Shown: positions 39,695 through 49,000 of the stretch, one piece after another | Layout of the letters: every line of letters starts with the position of its first letter | How positions within the stretch are numbered: position 1 is the first letter of the stretch | From: an uncultured Anaeroplasmatales bacterium | GTDB taxonomy: Bacteria; Bacillota_I; Bacilli_A; Acholeplasmatales; WRBM01 | Reading direction: 5' to 3' | Length of the DNA stretch: 64,000 nt | Assembly (NCBI GenBank): GCA_964478425.1 | Contig: CAYZIB010000001.1 | Span: 15,100 to 79,099, forward strand | Position numbers and translations under genes: made by a program | The notes under the pieces: generated by a model | What the model was told of the DNA's origin: nothing | The model's input: only the letters and a program-made list of their open reading frames with translations | Database searches by the model: none

Positions 39695-40197
39695 TTATTT
39701 TTTTGATTGGTATGCCTGGCGCTGGCAAATCTACATTAGCTAAATCATTTTGTAAAGAAAACACTAGTTTTGTTTTTTTTGATACAGATATAGAAATCGA
39801 AAAAAAATTAAATAAATCTATTTTAAATATATTTAATGAAGAAGGTCAAATCTATTTTAGAGAACAAGAAACAAGTATATTAAAAAATTTAGATTCTAAA
39901 AAAAATATAATATGCGCAACAGGTGGTGGCGTTATTTTAAAAGATGAAAATATAAAATTAATGAAAGAAAAAGGAATTTTAATATACTTAAATTGTAATA
40001 TTAGTACTTTAGAAAATAGATTAAAGAACAATTCCACAAGACCTTTACTAAAAGATAAAAAATTAATTGAATTATATAATGAAAGAAAAGATATATATAA
40101 ATTAAATGCTGATTATATTATTAATAGAAATAAAACTATAAAAGAAAATATGAAGGAATTAAAATTGATATATGAAAAAGAAAATTTTAGTAATTAA
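39691..40197 (+). CDS. aroK: Shikimate kinase
   Basis: 'IGMPGAGKSTLAK' and 'ATGGGVI'. Confidence 0.85.
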   Translation: MIIFLIGMPGAGKSTLAKSFCKENTSFVFFDTDIEIEKKLNKSILNIFNEEGQIYFREQETSILKNLDSKKNIICATGGGVILKDENIKLMKEKGILIYLNCNISTLENRLKNNSTRPLLKDKKLIELYNERKDIYKLNADYIINRNKTIKENMKELKLIYEKENFSN

Positions 40198-40603
40198 TGG
40201 ACCTAATTTAAATATGTTAGGAAAAAGGGACAAGGATAATTATGGAGAATTAACATTAAATAAAATTAATAAATTAATTAAAAAAACAAATGAAAATACT
40301 TTTAAAATAAGCTTTTTTCAAAGTAATTTTGAAGGAAAAATAATAAATAAAATTCAAAAATCACAAAAATATTTTGCTATTATTATAAATCCAGGGGCTT
40401 ATACTCATACATCTATTGCAATACATGATGCTTTAGAAATATATAAAGGAATTATTTTAGAAGTACATTTAAGTGATATTTATAATCGTGAAGAATATAG
40501 AAAGATTAATTATATTACTGAATTAGCAGAAAAAAGCTTTATTGGTGAAAAAGAAAATAGTTATATAAATGCAATTAACTATTTAAAAAATAAAAAAATA
40601 TGA
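40172..40603 (+). CDS. aroQ: Type II 3-dehydroquinate dehydratase
   Basis: 'ILVINGPNLNMLGKR' and 'INPGAYTHTSIAIHDA'. It overlaps aroK by 26 nt. Confidence 0.9.
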   Translation: MKKKILVINGPNLNMLGKRDKDNYGELTLNKINKLIKKTNENTFKISFFQSNFEGKIINKIQKSQKYFAIIINPGAYTHTSIAIHDALEIYKGIILEVHLSDIYNREEYRKINYITELAEKSFIGEKENSYINAINYLKNKKI

Positions 40604-40634
40604 TATAATAAATAAAAAGAAGAGGTGTTTTAAT

Positions 40635-41993
40635 TTGAGTGATGGTTATCAGTCCTGCTTATTACTAGCGGCGAATGTTCCTTATTACAATATTTTATTA
40701 CTTATTATTTTAGTTTTACTTTCAGCATTTTTTAGTGCAAGTGAAACATCAATTACAAAGGTTAACAAAGTTAGATTAAAAGTTTTAGCTGATGAGGGAT
40801 CTAAAAAAGCAAGAAAAGCAATTAATGTTTTAGAAAATTATGATAAAACTTTAACAACTCTATTATTTGGAAATAACTTAGTTAATATTGCTATATCTAT
40901 TTTAGCAGCTAATTTATTTGCAAGTTTTATAGTTAATCAAAGTATGGTTGATTTTATTTCGATTTTAGTTACAACTGTAGTTGTATTGATATTTGGAGAA
41001 ATTATGCCAAAATCTTTGGCAAATAAATATTCAGAAAAAATTGCATTATTTGTTTCTGAAATAATTTATACTTTAAATATAGTTTTAACTCCATTTACAA
41101 TTCTTTTTATGTTATTAAAAAATAAAGTTTTAAAATCACCAGATTGTGAAGATAAAATTACTGAAAATGAATTAGAAGAAATTTTAGACAATATGGAAAA
41201 ATCAGGTGAATTGGAAGAAGAACAAAACGATTTAATGCAAGCTGTATTAGAGTTAAATGATAAAACTGTTTCTGATATAATGACTCCTAGAGTTGATATT
41301 ATTGGTGTTAATGTTAATGATTCTATTGATGATATTAAAAAAGTTTTCTTTGATTCTAAATTTTCAAGAATACCTGTATATGATAATGATAAAGATAATA
41401 TAGTAGGAATTTTATATGAAAGAGATTTTTTTACTAAATTATTAAAAAAGCAAAAAATTAATATTAAATCTTTAATGAAACCAGTTATTTTTGTTCAAAA
41501 AGAAATGAAAGTAGATGCGCTAATTAATGAATTACAAACTTCTAAAACTCATATTGCAATTGTTTCTGATGAGTTTGGTGGAACAGATGGACTTGTTACA
41601 CTTGAAGATGCATTTGAAGAATTAGTTGGTGAAATATTTGATGAACATGATGAACTTGTTGAATTACCATTAATTCAATTATCTGAATTTGAATATAAAA
41701 TTGATGCAGATTTGGAAGTTGAAGAATTATTTGATGAATTAGATTTAGGAAAAGCTCCTGAAACATCTTATAATAAAATTGGTGGATGGTTATGTGAGCT
41801 TGCTGAAGATATCCCTGAATTAGGAATGGTTATTAATTATAATGCAATATATTCTAAATATGATGAAAAATTAGAAGATTATAAAGATTATAATAAATTA
41901 TTACAATTTACTATTACAGATGTTCAAGAAAGAAGAATAATTAAAGCTAATTTAAAGGTTATTGATAATACAAATGAAGAGGTTAATGATTAA
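40635..41993 (+). CDS. CNNM/hemolysin-family transporter (DUF21-CBS-CorC_HlyC)
   Basis: Four N-terminal TM helices, a CBS pair ('VSDIMTPRVDI', 'RIPVYD') and a C-terminal CorC domain. TTG start after GAGGTG. Confidence 0.85.
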   Translation: MSDGYQSCLLLAANVPYYNILLLIILVLLSAFFSASETSITKVNKVRLKVLADEGSKKARKAINVLENYDKTLTTLLFGNNLVNIAISILAANLFASFIVNQSMVDFISILVTTVVVLIFGEIMPKSLANKYSEKIALFVSEIIYTLNIVLTPFTILFMLLKNKVLKSPDCEDKITENELEEILDNMEKSGELEEEQNDLMQAVLELNDKTVSDIMTPRVDIIGVNVNDSIDDIKKVFFDSKFSRIPVYDNDKDNIVGILYERDFFTKLLKKQKINIKSLMKPVIFVQKEMKVDALINELQTSKTHIAIVSDEFGGTDGLVTLEDAFEELVGEIFDEHDELVELPLIQLSEFEYKIDADLEVEELFDELDLGKAPETSYNKIGGWLCELAEDIPELGMVINYNAIYSKYDEKLEDYKDYNKLLQFTITDVQERRIIKANLKVIDNTNEEVND

Positions 41994-42003
41994 CCTCTTT
42001 TTC
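41978..42003 (+). terminator. Terminator of the CNNM gene
   Basis: 8-bp stem AGAGGTTA/TAACCTCT spanning the stop codon, followed by a T-tract. Confidence 0.65.
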
Positions 42004-42023
42004 GTTCTAAATTGTTTAATAAA

Positions 42024-42051
42024 TTGACTTTTAAAAAAATGAGAGTATAAT
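42024..42051 (+). promoter_or_regulatory. Putative sigma-A promoter of degV
   Basis: TTGACT-N16-TATAAT, about 25 nt upstream of the AAGGAGG RBS. Confidence 0.45.
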
Positions 42052-42074
42052 TTATCTAAAAAAGGAGGAATTAT

Positions 42075-42959
42075 ATGGAAAATAATTTTATTTTATCATG
42101 TGAATCTACTTGTGATTTGCCATTAACATATGTAAAAGAAAATAATATTCCTATTCTTTTTTATTCATATGTTTTAAATAATGAAGTTTTAATTGATGAT
42201 ATGGGAGAAAAACCAGAAGCTAAAAAAAATTTTTATAATCTATTAGAAACAGGTTCGATTCCAAAAACATCTCAACTAAATGTTATAGAATATAAAGAAT
42301 TTTTTTATGAACAATTAAAAAAAGGAGATATATTACATATTACATTTGGAACTGGTATGACTAATTCATATCAAAATGCTTTAATTGCAAAAAAAGAATT
42401 AGAAGAAGAATTTAAAGATAGAAAAATTTATATTGTTGATTCATTATGTAGTTCGTCTGGTTATGGAATGCTAGTATGTTTTGCTAATGATTTAAAAAAT
42501 CAAGGGCATGATATAGAATATATTTATAATTGGTTATTAAACAATAGAAATAAAATTCATCATCAATTTTTTTCTACTGATTTAAAATATTTTAAAAGAA
42601 GTGGAAGAATTTCATTTACATCAGCGATACTTGGAACTATGTTTGGAATTTGTCCAATAATGCATTTAGATAAATCTGGAAAAATTGTTGCTTACCAAAA
42701 AGCAAGAGGAAAGAAAAATGCAATATTAAAAACAATTGAAGAATTAAAAAATCATGCCGAAAATGGAATATTATATAATAATAAATTGTTTATAAGTCAT
42801 TCTAATCAATTAGAAGATGCACTAAGATTAAAAGAAGCAATTTTAAATGAATTTAAAAATATTAAGGATATTCCTATATATGATATTGGATCAATTATAG
42901 CATCACATTGTGGACCAGGAACTATTGCTTGTTATTTTTTAGGTGATGAAAGAATATAA
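42075..42959 (+). CDS. DegV family fatty-acid-binding protein
   Basis: 294 aa with a DegV-like layout ('SCESTCDLP', 'TSQ', 'HCGPGT'). Confidence 0.85.
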   Translation: MENNFILSCESTCDLPLTYVKENNIPILFYSYVLNNEVLIDDMGEKPEAKKNFYNLLETGSIPKTSQLNVIEYKEFFYEQLKKGDILHITFGTGMTNSYQNALIAKKELEEEFKDRKIYIVDSLCSSSGYGMLVCFANDLKNQGHDIEYIYNWLLNNRNKIHHQFFSTDLKYFKRSGRISFTSAILGTMFGICPIMHLDKSGKIVAYQKARGKKNAILKTIEELKNHAENGILYNNKLFISHSNQLEDALRLKEAILNEFKNIKDIPIYDIGSIIASHCGPGTIACYFLGDERI

Positions 42960-42967
42960 TTTAAATT

Positions 42968-42993
42968 AAAACTACCATGTTGGTAGTTTTTTT
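42968..42993 (+). terminator. degV terminator
   Basis: Stem AAAACTACCA/TGGTAGTTTT followed by a T-tract. Confidence 0.7.
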
Positions 42994-43047
42994 ATTTTAA
43001 TAGTAAATAAATATTAATTACAATTCATATATTTAATTGGTGAAAAA

Positions 43048-44124
43048 ATGAAAAAAAAGATTATTTTTATTTTATTATTTTTTTTAATATTATTAATTAA
43101 ACCAAAAACTGTTAAAGCATTTAATACTCAAGCAAAATCATATATTTTATATAATATGAATACAAATGAAATAATAAAAGAACGAAATTCAAATGAAAAA
43201 ATGTTAACTGCATCAATTTCTAAATTATTAACTGCAATAATTGCACTTGAAACAACCAATATAAATAAAGAAGTAACAATAACAAAAGAAGACTTAAATA
43301 TGGAAGGTTCTAAAGCCTACATTTTGGAAGGAGAAAAAGTTAAATTAATTGATTTAATTTATGGTTTATTATTAAGAAGTGGTAATGATTGTGCAAATGC
43401 AATTAGTAATGCTTGTTTTGGATCAGAAAAAAATTTTGTTAAAAAAATGAATGAATATGCAAAAAAATTAAAAATGAAAAATTCTTTTTTTAATAATCCA
43501 AGTGGATTAGATGAAAAAAATTCAAATTATAGTACTGCATATGATATGGCATTATTAATGACTTATTGTTTTAAAAATGAAACATTTAAAAAAATAAATA
43601 ATACTCAAATTTATAAATTTAAAAGTGATAAAACTTCATATGTATTTAAAAATAAACATAGATTAATTAATAAAAAAAGTATTTATAATGGTGGGAAAAC
43701 TGGTTATACAAAAAAAGCTGGAAGAACACTTGTTACAACTGCAACTAAAAATAATTTAAATTTAGTTGTAGTTACCTTTAAAGATCCTAATGATTTTAAT
43801 GATCATGAAGAATTGATTAAATATGGAATAGATTATTACGAAGAAAAAGTTTTATTAAAAAAACAAGTTTTAAATTATTATTTTGATAATAAAAATTATT
43901 TAGGTTATATAAAAGATGATATTATTATTTATAAAGATGATAATTTAAATGATTATTATATTTTAATATATTTTTATCAAAATAAAATAGATGATGTAAT
44001 AGGAATTATTAAAGTTTATTTACATGATAATTATTTGTTTTCTGTAAATATTTATGAATATGATCCACTTTCTAATGATAATAAAGTATTTTATGATTTA
44101 TTTATGAGGTATTTTTATGATTGA
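43048..44124 (+). CDS. dacB: D-alanyl-D-alanine carboxypeptidase (peptidase S11), sporulation-type DacB
   Basis: Signal peptide, SxxK 'SISKLLT', SxN 'SGND' and KTG 'KTGYT'. It is followed by spmA-spmB, as in B. subtilis. Confidence 0.85.
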   Translation: MKKKIIFILLFFLILLIKPKTVKAFNTQAKSYILYNMNTNEIIKERNSNEKMLTASISKLLTAIIALETTNINKEVTITKEDLNMEGSKAYILEGEKVKLIDLIYGLLLRSGNDCANAISNACFGSEKNFVKKMNEYAKKLKMKNSFFNNPSGLDEKNSNYSTAYDMALLMTYCFKNETFKKINNTQIYKFKSDKTSYVFKNKHRLINKKSIYNGGKTGYTKKAGRTLVTTATKNNLNLVVVTFKDPNDFNDHEELIKYGIDYYEEKVLLKKQVLNYYFDNKNYLGYIKDDIIIYKDDNLNDYYILIYFYQNKIDDVIGIIKVYLHDNYLFSVNIYEYDPLSNDNKVFYDLFMRYFYD

Positions 44125-44701
44125 TTTAATATGGATTATTATAATTATTATTTCATTAGTTTATGGAATTTTTACAAATAATATGACAAATATAAATAAA
44201 ATAATCTTAGATTTACCTAAGAATTCTTTAAATTTAATGATTGATTTTTCTGCAAGTATTATTTTTTGGAATGGAATTTTAAATGTTGCTAAAGACGGAG
44301 GATTTTTATCTTTTTTAACCAAATATATTAAAAAAATAATTAAACCATTTTTTAAAGAAGTGCCTTTTGATTCTTTGGCATTAGATTATATTGCGGGAAA
44401 TATTGCTGCTAATATATTAGGGTTAGGAAATGCCGCAACACCTTTAGGAATAAAAGCAATAAAAGAATTAGAATTATTAAATAATAATAAAAAAGAAGCT
44501 ACTAAACCAATGATAACATTAATTATATTAAATACTACTGGTTTTACAATTTTACCGACTACTATTCTAGCATTAAGAAATTCATATAATGCAAATATAA
44601 CCGTTCAATTAATACCAATTATAATTTTAGTTAGTTTTATTATTACTATAATAGGTTTATTTATTAACCATCTTTTTAAAAGAAGCATAATAAATGAGTA
44701 A
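44117..44701 (+). CDS. spmA: Spore maturation protein A (nucleoside-recognition/Gate domain)
   Basis: A polytopic 194-aa protein whose 'GNIAANILGLGNAATPLGIKA' matches the SpmA/Gate-domain pattern. It is translationally coupled to dacB. Confidence 0.8.
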   Translation: MIDLIWIIIIIISLVYGIFTNNMTNINKIILDLPKNSLNLMIDFSASIIFWNGILNVAKDGGFLSFLTKYIKKIIKPFFKEVPFDSLALDYIAGNIAANILGLGNAATPLGIKAIKELELLNNNKKEATKPMITLIILNTTGFTILPTTILALRNSYNANITVQLIPIIILVSFIITIIGLFINHLFKRSIINE

Positions 44702-45188
44702 TTATATAATACCTATTTTTATTTTATTAATATGTTTATTTCCTTTTTTTAAAAAAAAGAAAGTATATAAATCTTTTATAGATGGTTGTACTGAAGGAAT
44801 TAATTTGTGTATTAAATTGTTTCCTTATATGTTATCAATGATATTTGCAACTTCTTTATTAAAAGTATCTAATTTATTATCTGATATATTTAAGTTTGTA
44901 AAAAATGTTCCAATAGAATTAATTACACAGGGATTATTTAGATCTTTATCAGCAAATGCTTCTTTAGCATCAATGCTTGAAATTTATAATAAATTTGGTG
45001 TTGATTCTAAAGAAGGAATAATATCTTCGATATTACAAGGTTCTACTGATACTACTATATATGTAATAACACTTTATTTTGGATCTGTTTCCATTGTTAA
45101 ATATAAATATGCTTTAAAAGTTGGGTTATTAGTCGATTTAATTGGATTTATTATTTGTATATTAATTTATATGTTTATATTAAAGTAA
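44694..45188 (+). CDS. spmB: Spore maturation protein B
   Basis: A polytopic 164-aa protein coupled to spmA. Confidence 0.8.
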   Translation: MSNYIIPIFILLICLFPFFKKKKVYKSFIDGCTEGINLCIKLFPYMLSMIFATSLLKVSNLLSDIFKFVKNVPIELITQGLFRSLSANASLASMLEIYNKFGVDSKEGIISSILQGSTDTTIYVITLYFGSVSIVKYKYALKVGLLVDLIGFIICILIYMFILK

Positions 45189-45299
45189 ATCTTATAAGTC
45201 TTGAATAACATATAAGGTTTTATTGATTAATCTAATCATTTGTAAAAAATTTGAAATGTAGTATAATATTTAATATATAATAATATAAATTTAGAGGAA

Positions 45300-45925
45300 A
45301 AAATAGAAAAAATTTTATTATTTATTTTATTATTAGTTGCTTTACAAACTGAAGGATGTTCATCATTAACTGAAGAACAATATTTATCATTAATTGGAAC
45401 AGAAGAATTATATTTTAAAACTGCTGAAATGCGTTTTTGTTATAGCAAAATATTAGTATATAATGAAGAAAATAATAATTATGAACATTCTTATAAAAAA
45501 TACAATGAGGGTAAATTAGATAAAAATAAATCATATATAGAGACATTTGATGATGCCAATGATGCCTATAATGAATTAGTTAATATTGTAAGAATTGATA
45601 CAAGTTTTAGATTTAATGAAGATTATTTTTTTGCTTCAAATTACGATATATCTAAAACTAAAAATGGATATATACTTAAAGATAGCCATGAAAATATATA
45701 GTAGATTCTAAAGGATATATTAAAACAGCAACATCAATTTTTAAAAAATTAGAACCAATATTAGGAATGATTTACAGCCAAAAATGTATTTATAATGAAC
45801 CAATTAAATTTAGTGATTATGTTGAAAATAATAATATAAACACTAAAAAAATAGAAGAATGCTTCATAACAGATAATATTATTGAAAAATTTAGAAGTTA
45901 TGGAGGTTATGTTAAGAAAAATTAA
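45300..45925 (+). pseudogene. Probable decayed lipoprotein gene (no canonical start, one frameshift)
   Basis: After AGAGGA the frame reads (ATA)IEKILLFILLLVALQTEGCSS..., a signal peptide plus lipobox with no ATG/GTG/TTG. It stops at TAG 45699 inside AAAA(TA)3G. The protein continues in the -1 frame (IVDSKGYIKTATS...YVKKN*) to 45925. Confidence 0.55.
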
Positions 45926-45932
45926 AAATAAG

Positions 45933-45967
45933 GTAAGTTTATTTTAAATAATAGACTTACTTTTTTT
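45933..45967 (+). terminator. Terminator after the decayed lipoprotein gene
   Basis: Stem GTAAGT/ACTTAC with a 16-nt loop, followed by T7. Confidence 0.5.
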
Positions 45968-46127
45968 ATTTATATTTAAATTAAATATCAATAAAAATTT
46001 AGAATTATTATTTACTAAAAATAATCCAAAATTAAATTTTATGATGCATATAATTTATTATTATGCTTTTTTTATTTTTTTGTTTTTTTTCAAAACAACA
46101 TATGATATAATTATAAAAGGTGGTATT

Positions 46128-46844
46128 ATGGAAAGACTACAAAAAGTGATTGCTAATGCTGGAATAACATCAAGAAGAAAAGCTGAACAATTAATTTTAG
46201 ATGGTAGAGTAAGCGTTAATGGAAATATAGTAAAAGAACTAGGAATTAAAGTAACAAATAAAGACACTGTATTAGTAGACAATCTTCCTTTAGTAAAAGA
46301 AGAATTAGTATATTATGTTTTATATAAACCTGAAGGATATGTTACTACATTAAAAGATGAATTTAATCGTAAAACTATTTTAGATTTATTTTTAGATGAA
46401 CATAAACAAAAAAGAATATACCCTGTTGGAAGATTAGATTATGATACATCAGGTGTTTTAATTTGTACAAATGATGGCACTTTTGCAAATAAACTTATGA
46501 GTCCTAAAAGTGAAATTGAAAAAGAATATTTAGTAAAAATATCTGGTTTAATTACAAAAGAAGAATTAAAAAAGCTTGAAAAAGGTGTTATAATTAATGA
46601 TTATAAAACAAAAAAATGTCGAGTATTTTTAGATGAAACAAATAAAAAAAATAATTATAGTTTAGTAAGAATAATTATAAAAGAAGGAAAATATCATCAA
46701 GTTAAATTAATGTTTCAATCATTAGGGTATGAAGTAAAAAAACTTAAAAGAATTAGATATGGAAATATTACATTAACTGATTTAAATAAAGGGGACTATA
46801 GATTATTAAAACCTTATGAATTAAAAAAATTAAAGGAGTTGTAA
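46128..46844 (+). CDS. rluB: 23S rRNA pseudouridine synthase RluB (YpuL)
   Basis: S4 domain 'RLQKVIANAGITSRRKAEQLI' and catalytic 'GRLDYDTSGVLI'. ATG 46128 follows AAAGGTGG; the track's 29-aa N-terminal extension is unsupported. Confidence 0.88.
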   Translation: MERLQKVIANAGITSRRKAEQLILDGRVSVNGNIVKELGIKVTNKDTVLVDNLPLVKEELVYYVLYKPEGYVTTLKDEFNRKTILDLFLDEHKQKRIYPVGRLDYDTSGVLICTNDGTFANKLMSPKSEIEKEYLVKISGLITKEELKKLEKGVIINDYKTKKCRVFLDETNKKNNYSLVRIIIKEGKYHQVKLMFQSLGYEVKKLKRIRYGNITLTDLNKGDYRLLKPYELKKLKEL

Positions 46845-46850
46845 TTCTTT

Positions 46851-47513
46851 ATGAATTTTAAAGTAGCAATAGATGGACCTGCTGGAAGTGGAAAATCTAC
46901 TATAAGTAAAATTGTTGCTAAAAAATTAAATTTTAGTCATTTAGATACTGGTGCAATGTATAGAGCATGTACATTAGAAGCAATTAAAAGGAATATTATA
47001 AATGATAAAAATAATAATTTTGATTTTTTAGATGAAATAAAAATTGAATATATTAAAGATAAACTATTTTTAAATGGAATAGATGTATCAAATGAAATTA
47101 GAACTCCAGAAGTAACAAAAAATGTTTCATTTGTTTCTGCTAATAAAAATGTAAGAGAAAAGATGAAAGATTTACAAGTAAGAATTGCTAAAAATGGACA
47201 AGTTATTCTTGATGGAAGAGATATTGGATATAATGTATTACCTGATGCTGATGTTAAAATATTTTTAACAGCTTCAACATTAGAAAGAGCCAAAAGAAGA
47301 ATGCTTGAGTATCAGAAAAAAGGTATTGATATGTCTTTAAATGATGTAGAAAAAGAAATAATAGAAAGAGATTATTTAGATTCTAATAGATTAATTGCAC
47401 CATTGAAAAAAGCAGAAGATGCAATAACAATTGATACAACCAATTTAACTATTGATGAAGTATGTAATAAAATAATTGATATAATTACTGAAAGGATGAA
47501 ATATAATGGATAA
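46851..47513 (+). CDS. cmk: Cytidylate kinase
   Basis: 'IAIDGPAGSGKSTISK' and 'LDTGAMYR'. Confidence 0.95.
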   Translation: MNFKVAIDGPAGSGKSTISKIVAKKLNFSHLDTGAMYRACTLEAIKRNIINDKNNNFDFLDEIKIEYIKDKLFLNGIDVSNEIRTPEVTKNVSFVSANKNVREKMKDLQVRIAKNGQVILDGRDIGYNVLPDADVKIFLTASTLERAKRRMLEYQKKGIDMSLNDVEKEIIERDYLDSNRLIAPLKKAEDAITIDTTNLTIDEVCNKIIDIITERMKYNG

Positions 47514-48966
47514 TAAAGATTTTAAAATGAAAGATGTAGAAGTATTTAATTTAAAAAAAGGTGAAATTGTAAAAGCAAAAGTTATTAAAGTTACTGATAA
47601 TGAATTAAGTTTAGATTTAAATTATATGACTGAAGGGACAATGTATTTAGATGCATATTCATTAAATAAATTAAATTCATTTAAAGATGTTGTTAAAGTT
47701 GGAGATACTATAGAAGCAGTTATTCAAAAAATAAGTGAAAGAGATGATAGTACATTAATATTATTATCTAGAATTCCTTTATTAAAAAAAGAAGCTTTGA
47801 ATAATATAAAAGAAAAATTTAATAATAATGAAACAATTAATGTATTAATAAATAAAATTGTAAATAAGGGAGTAATGGGAAATTACTTAGGATATAATGT
47901 TTTTATTCATGAATCACAACTTAATTTTGATCCTGAAAATAAACCAGCTAATAAAGAAAATTTTATAAATAAAGAATTAACTGTTAAAATTACAAAATTA
48001 GAACACAATAATGGTAATTTAGTTATTGATGCATCAAGAAGAGTAATTGAAAAAGAAGAATTCTTTGATTTAAAGAAAAAAGAAAAAGAAGAAAGAAATT
48101 TAAAATATCAAACTGAATTAGATAATATAAAAGTTAATGATATATTAGAAGGAACAATTGAAAAAATTGAAAAATTTGGTATCATTGTTAAATTTGATTT
48201 AGTAAAAGGATTATTAAAATTATCTCAATTAGATCATAAACATATCTTAAATGTATCAGAATTATTTAAAGTTGGAGATAAAATTAATGTTAAAGTAATT
48301 GCTAAAAATAATAATAAAATTGATTTATCAAGAAAAGCTTTATTAAAAACACCACATGAAGTATATAAAGATAATCATAAAATTGGTGAAAAAGTAACAG
48401 GAACAGTAATTCAAAAATTTCCTTTTGGAACAATTTTAGAATTAGAAGATGGAATTACAGCATTATTACATAAAAATGAATATTCATGGAATCCAAATGA
48501 CAATTTCCAAAATAATGTTAAAATTGGTTCTTTAGTAGATGTTGCAATATTAAATATTGATACTAAAAATGAAAAAATAAGTGTAAGTAAAAAAGCATTA
48601 GAAGATAATCCTTGGCAAAGAGTAACTTTAAAGCAAGGTGATAAAACCACTTGTAAAGTAACTAATATTATTCCTGGTAAAGCATTAGTTGTTGAAGCAT
48701 CTGGTGTTGAAGGACATATTTTAATTAATGATATTGCTATTGAAAAAGTAGCTAAAATTGAAGCTTTATATTCAGTAGGCGATTTAGTAGATGCCCTTGT
48801 TGTTGAAGTAAATAAAGAAGAATGGGTATTAAGACTAAGCATTAAAAAATTATTAGAAAAAAATCAACAAGAAGAATTTGAAAAATATATTTTAAATCAA
48901 GAAAAAGAAAATGAACAAAAACAAGTTACAATCGGAGATAGATTTAAAGATATATTAAATAAATAA
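47506..48966 (+). CDS. rpsA: 30S ribosomal protein S1 homologue (multi-S1-domain, YpfD-like)
   Basis: It contains repeated S1/OB units ('GEIVKAKVIKV', 'LEGTIEKIEKFGIIVKF', 'VTGTVIQKFPFGTILEL', 'TTCKVTNIIPGKALVVE') and sits in the position after cmk. Confidence 0.85.
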   Translation: MDNKDFKMKDVEVFNLKKGEIVKAKVIKVTDNELSLDLNYMTEGTMYLDAYSLNKLNSFKDVVKVGDTIEAVIQKISERDDSTLILLSRIPLLKKEALNNIKEKFNNNETINVLINKIVNKGVMGNYLGYNVFIHESQLNFDPENKPANKENFINKELTVKITKLEHNNGNLVIDASRRVIEKEEFFDLKKKEKEERNLKYQTELDNIKVNDILEGTIEKIEKFGIIVKFDLVKGLLKLSQLDHKHILNVSELFKVGDKINVKVIAKNNNKIDLSRKALLKTPHEVYKDNHKIGEKVTGTVIQKFPFGTILELEDGITALLHKNEYSWNPNDNFQNNVKIGSLVDVAILNIDTKNEKISVSKKALEDNPWQRVTLKQGDKTTCKVTNIIPGKALVVEASGVEGHILINDIAIEKVAKIEALYSVGDLVDALVVEVNKEEWVLRLSIKKLLEKNQQEEFEKYILNQEKENEQKQVTIGDRFKDILNK

Positions 48967-49000
48967 GTATCTAAGGATACTTTTTATTTAGGAGGATATT

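Noticed and set aside
42252-42262. GGTTCGATTCC, a tRNA T-loop-like motif.
   Set aside because: The flanking bases cannot form a T-stem or an acceptor stem. It lies in frame inside degV (..ETGSIPK..). I could recognise no tRNA anywhere in the window.
42994-43047. Possible sigma-E-type promoter (ATATT...CATATATT) upstream of dacB. I also noted a CATATAATA element upstream of cotE (about 32010-32025).
   Set aside because: The spacing does not fit the remembered consensus. Such A/T-only motifs occur by chance throughout this sequence, so they cannot be supported without a scoring matrix or transcription-start data.
46937-47293. A 118-aa antisense ORF inside cmk.
   Set aside because: It is a shadow ORF opposite a conserved gene, with no initiation signals.
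48411-48842. A 143-aa antisense ORF inside rpsA.
   Set aside because: It lies entirely opposite a well-conserved S1-domain region. It has no RBS and a low-complexity Ser/Thr/Leu composition, so it is a shadow ORF.
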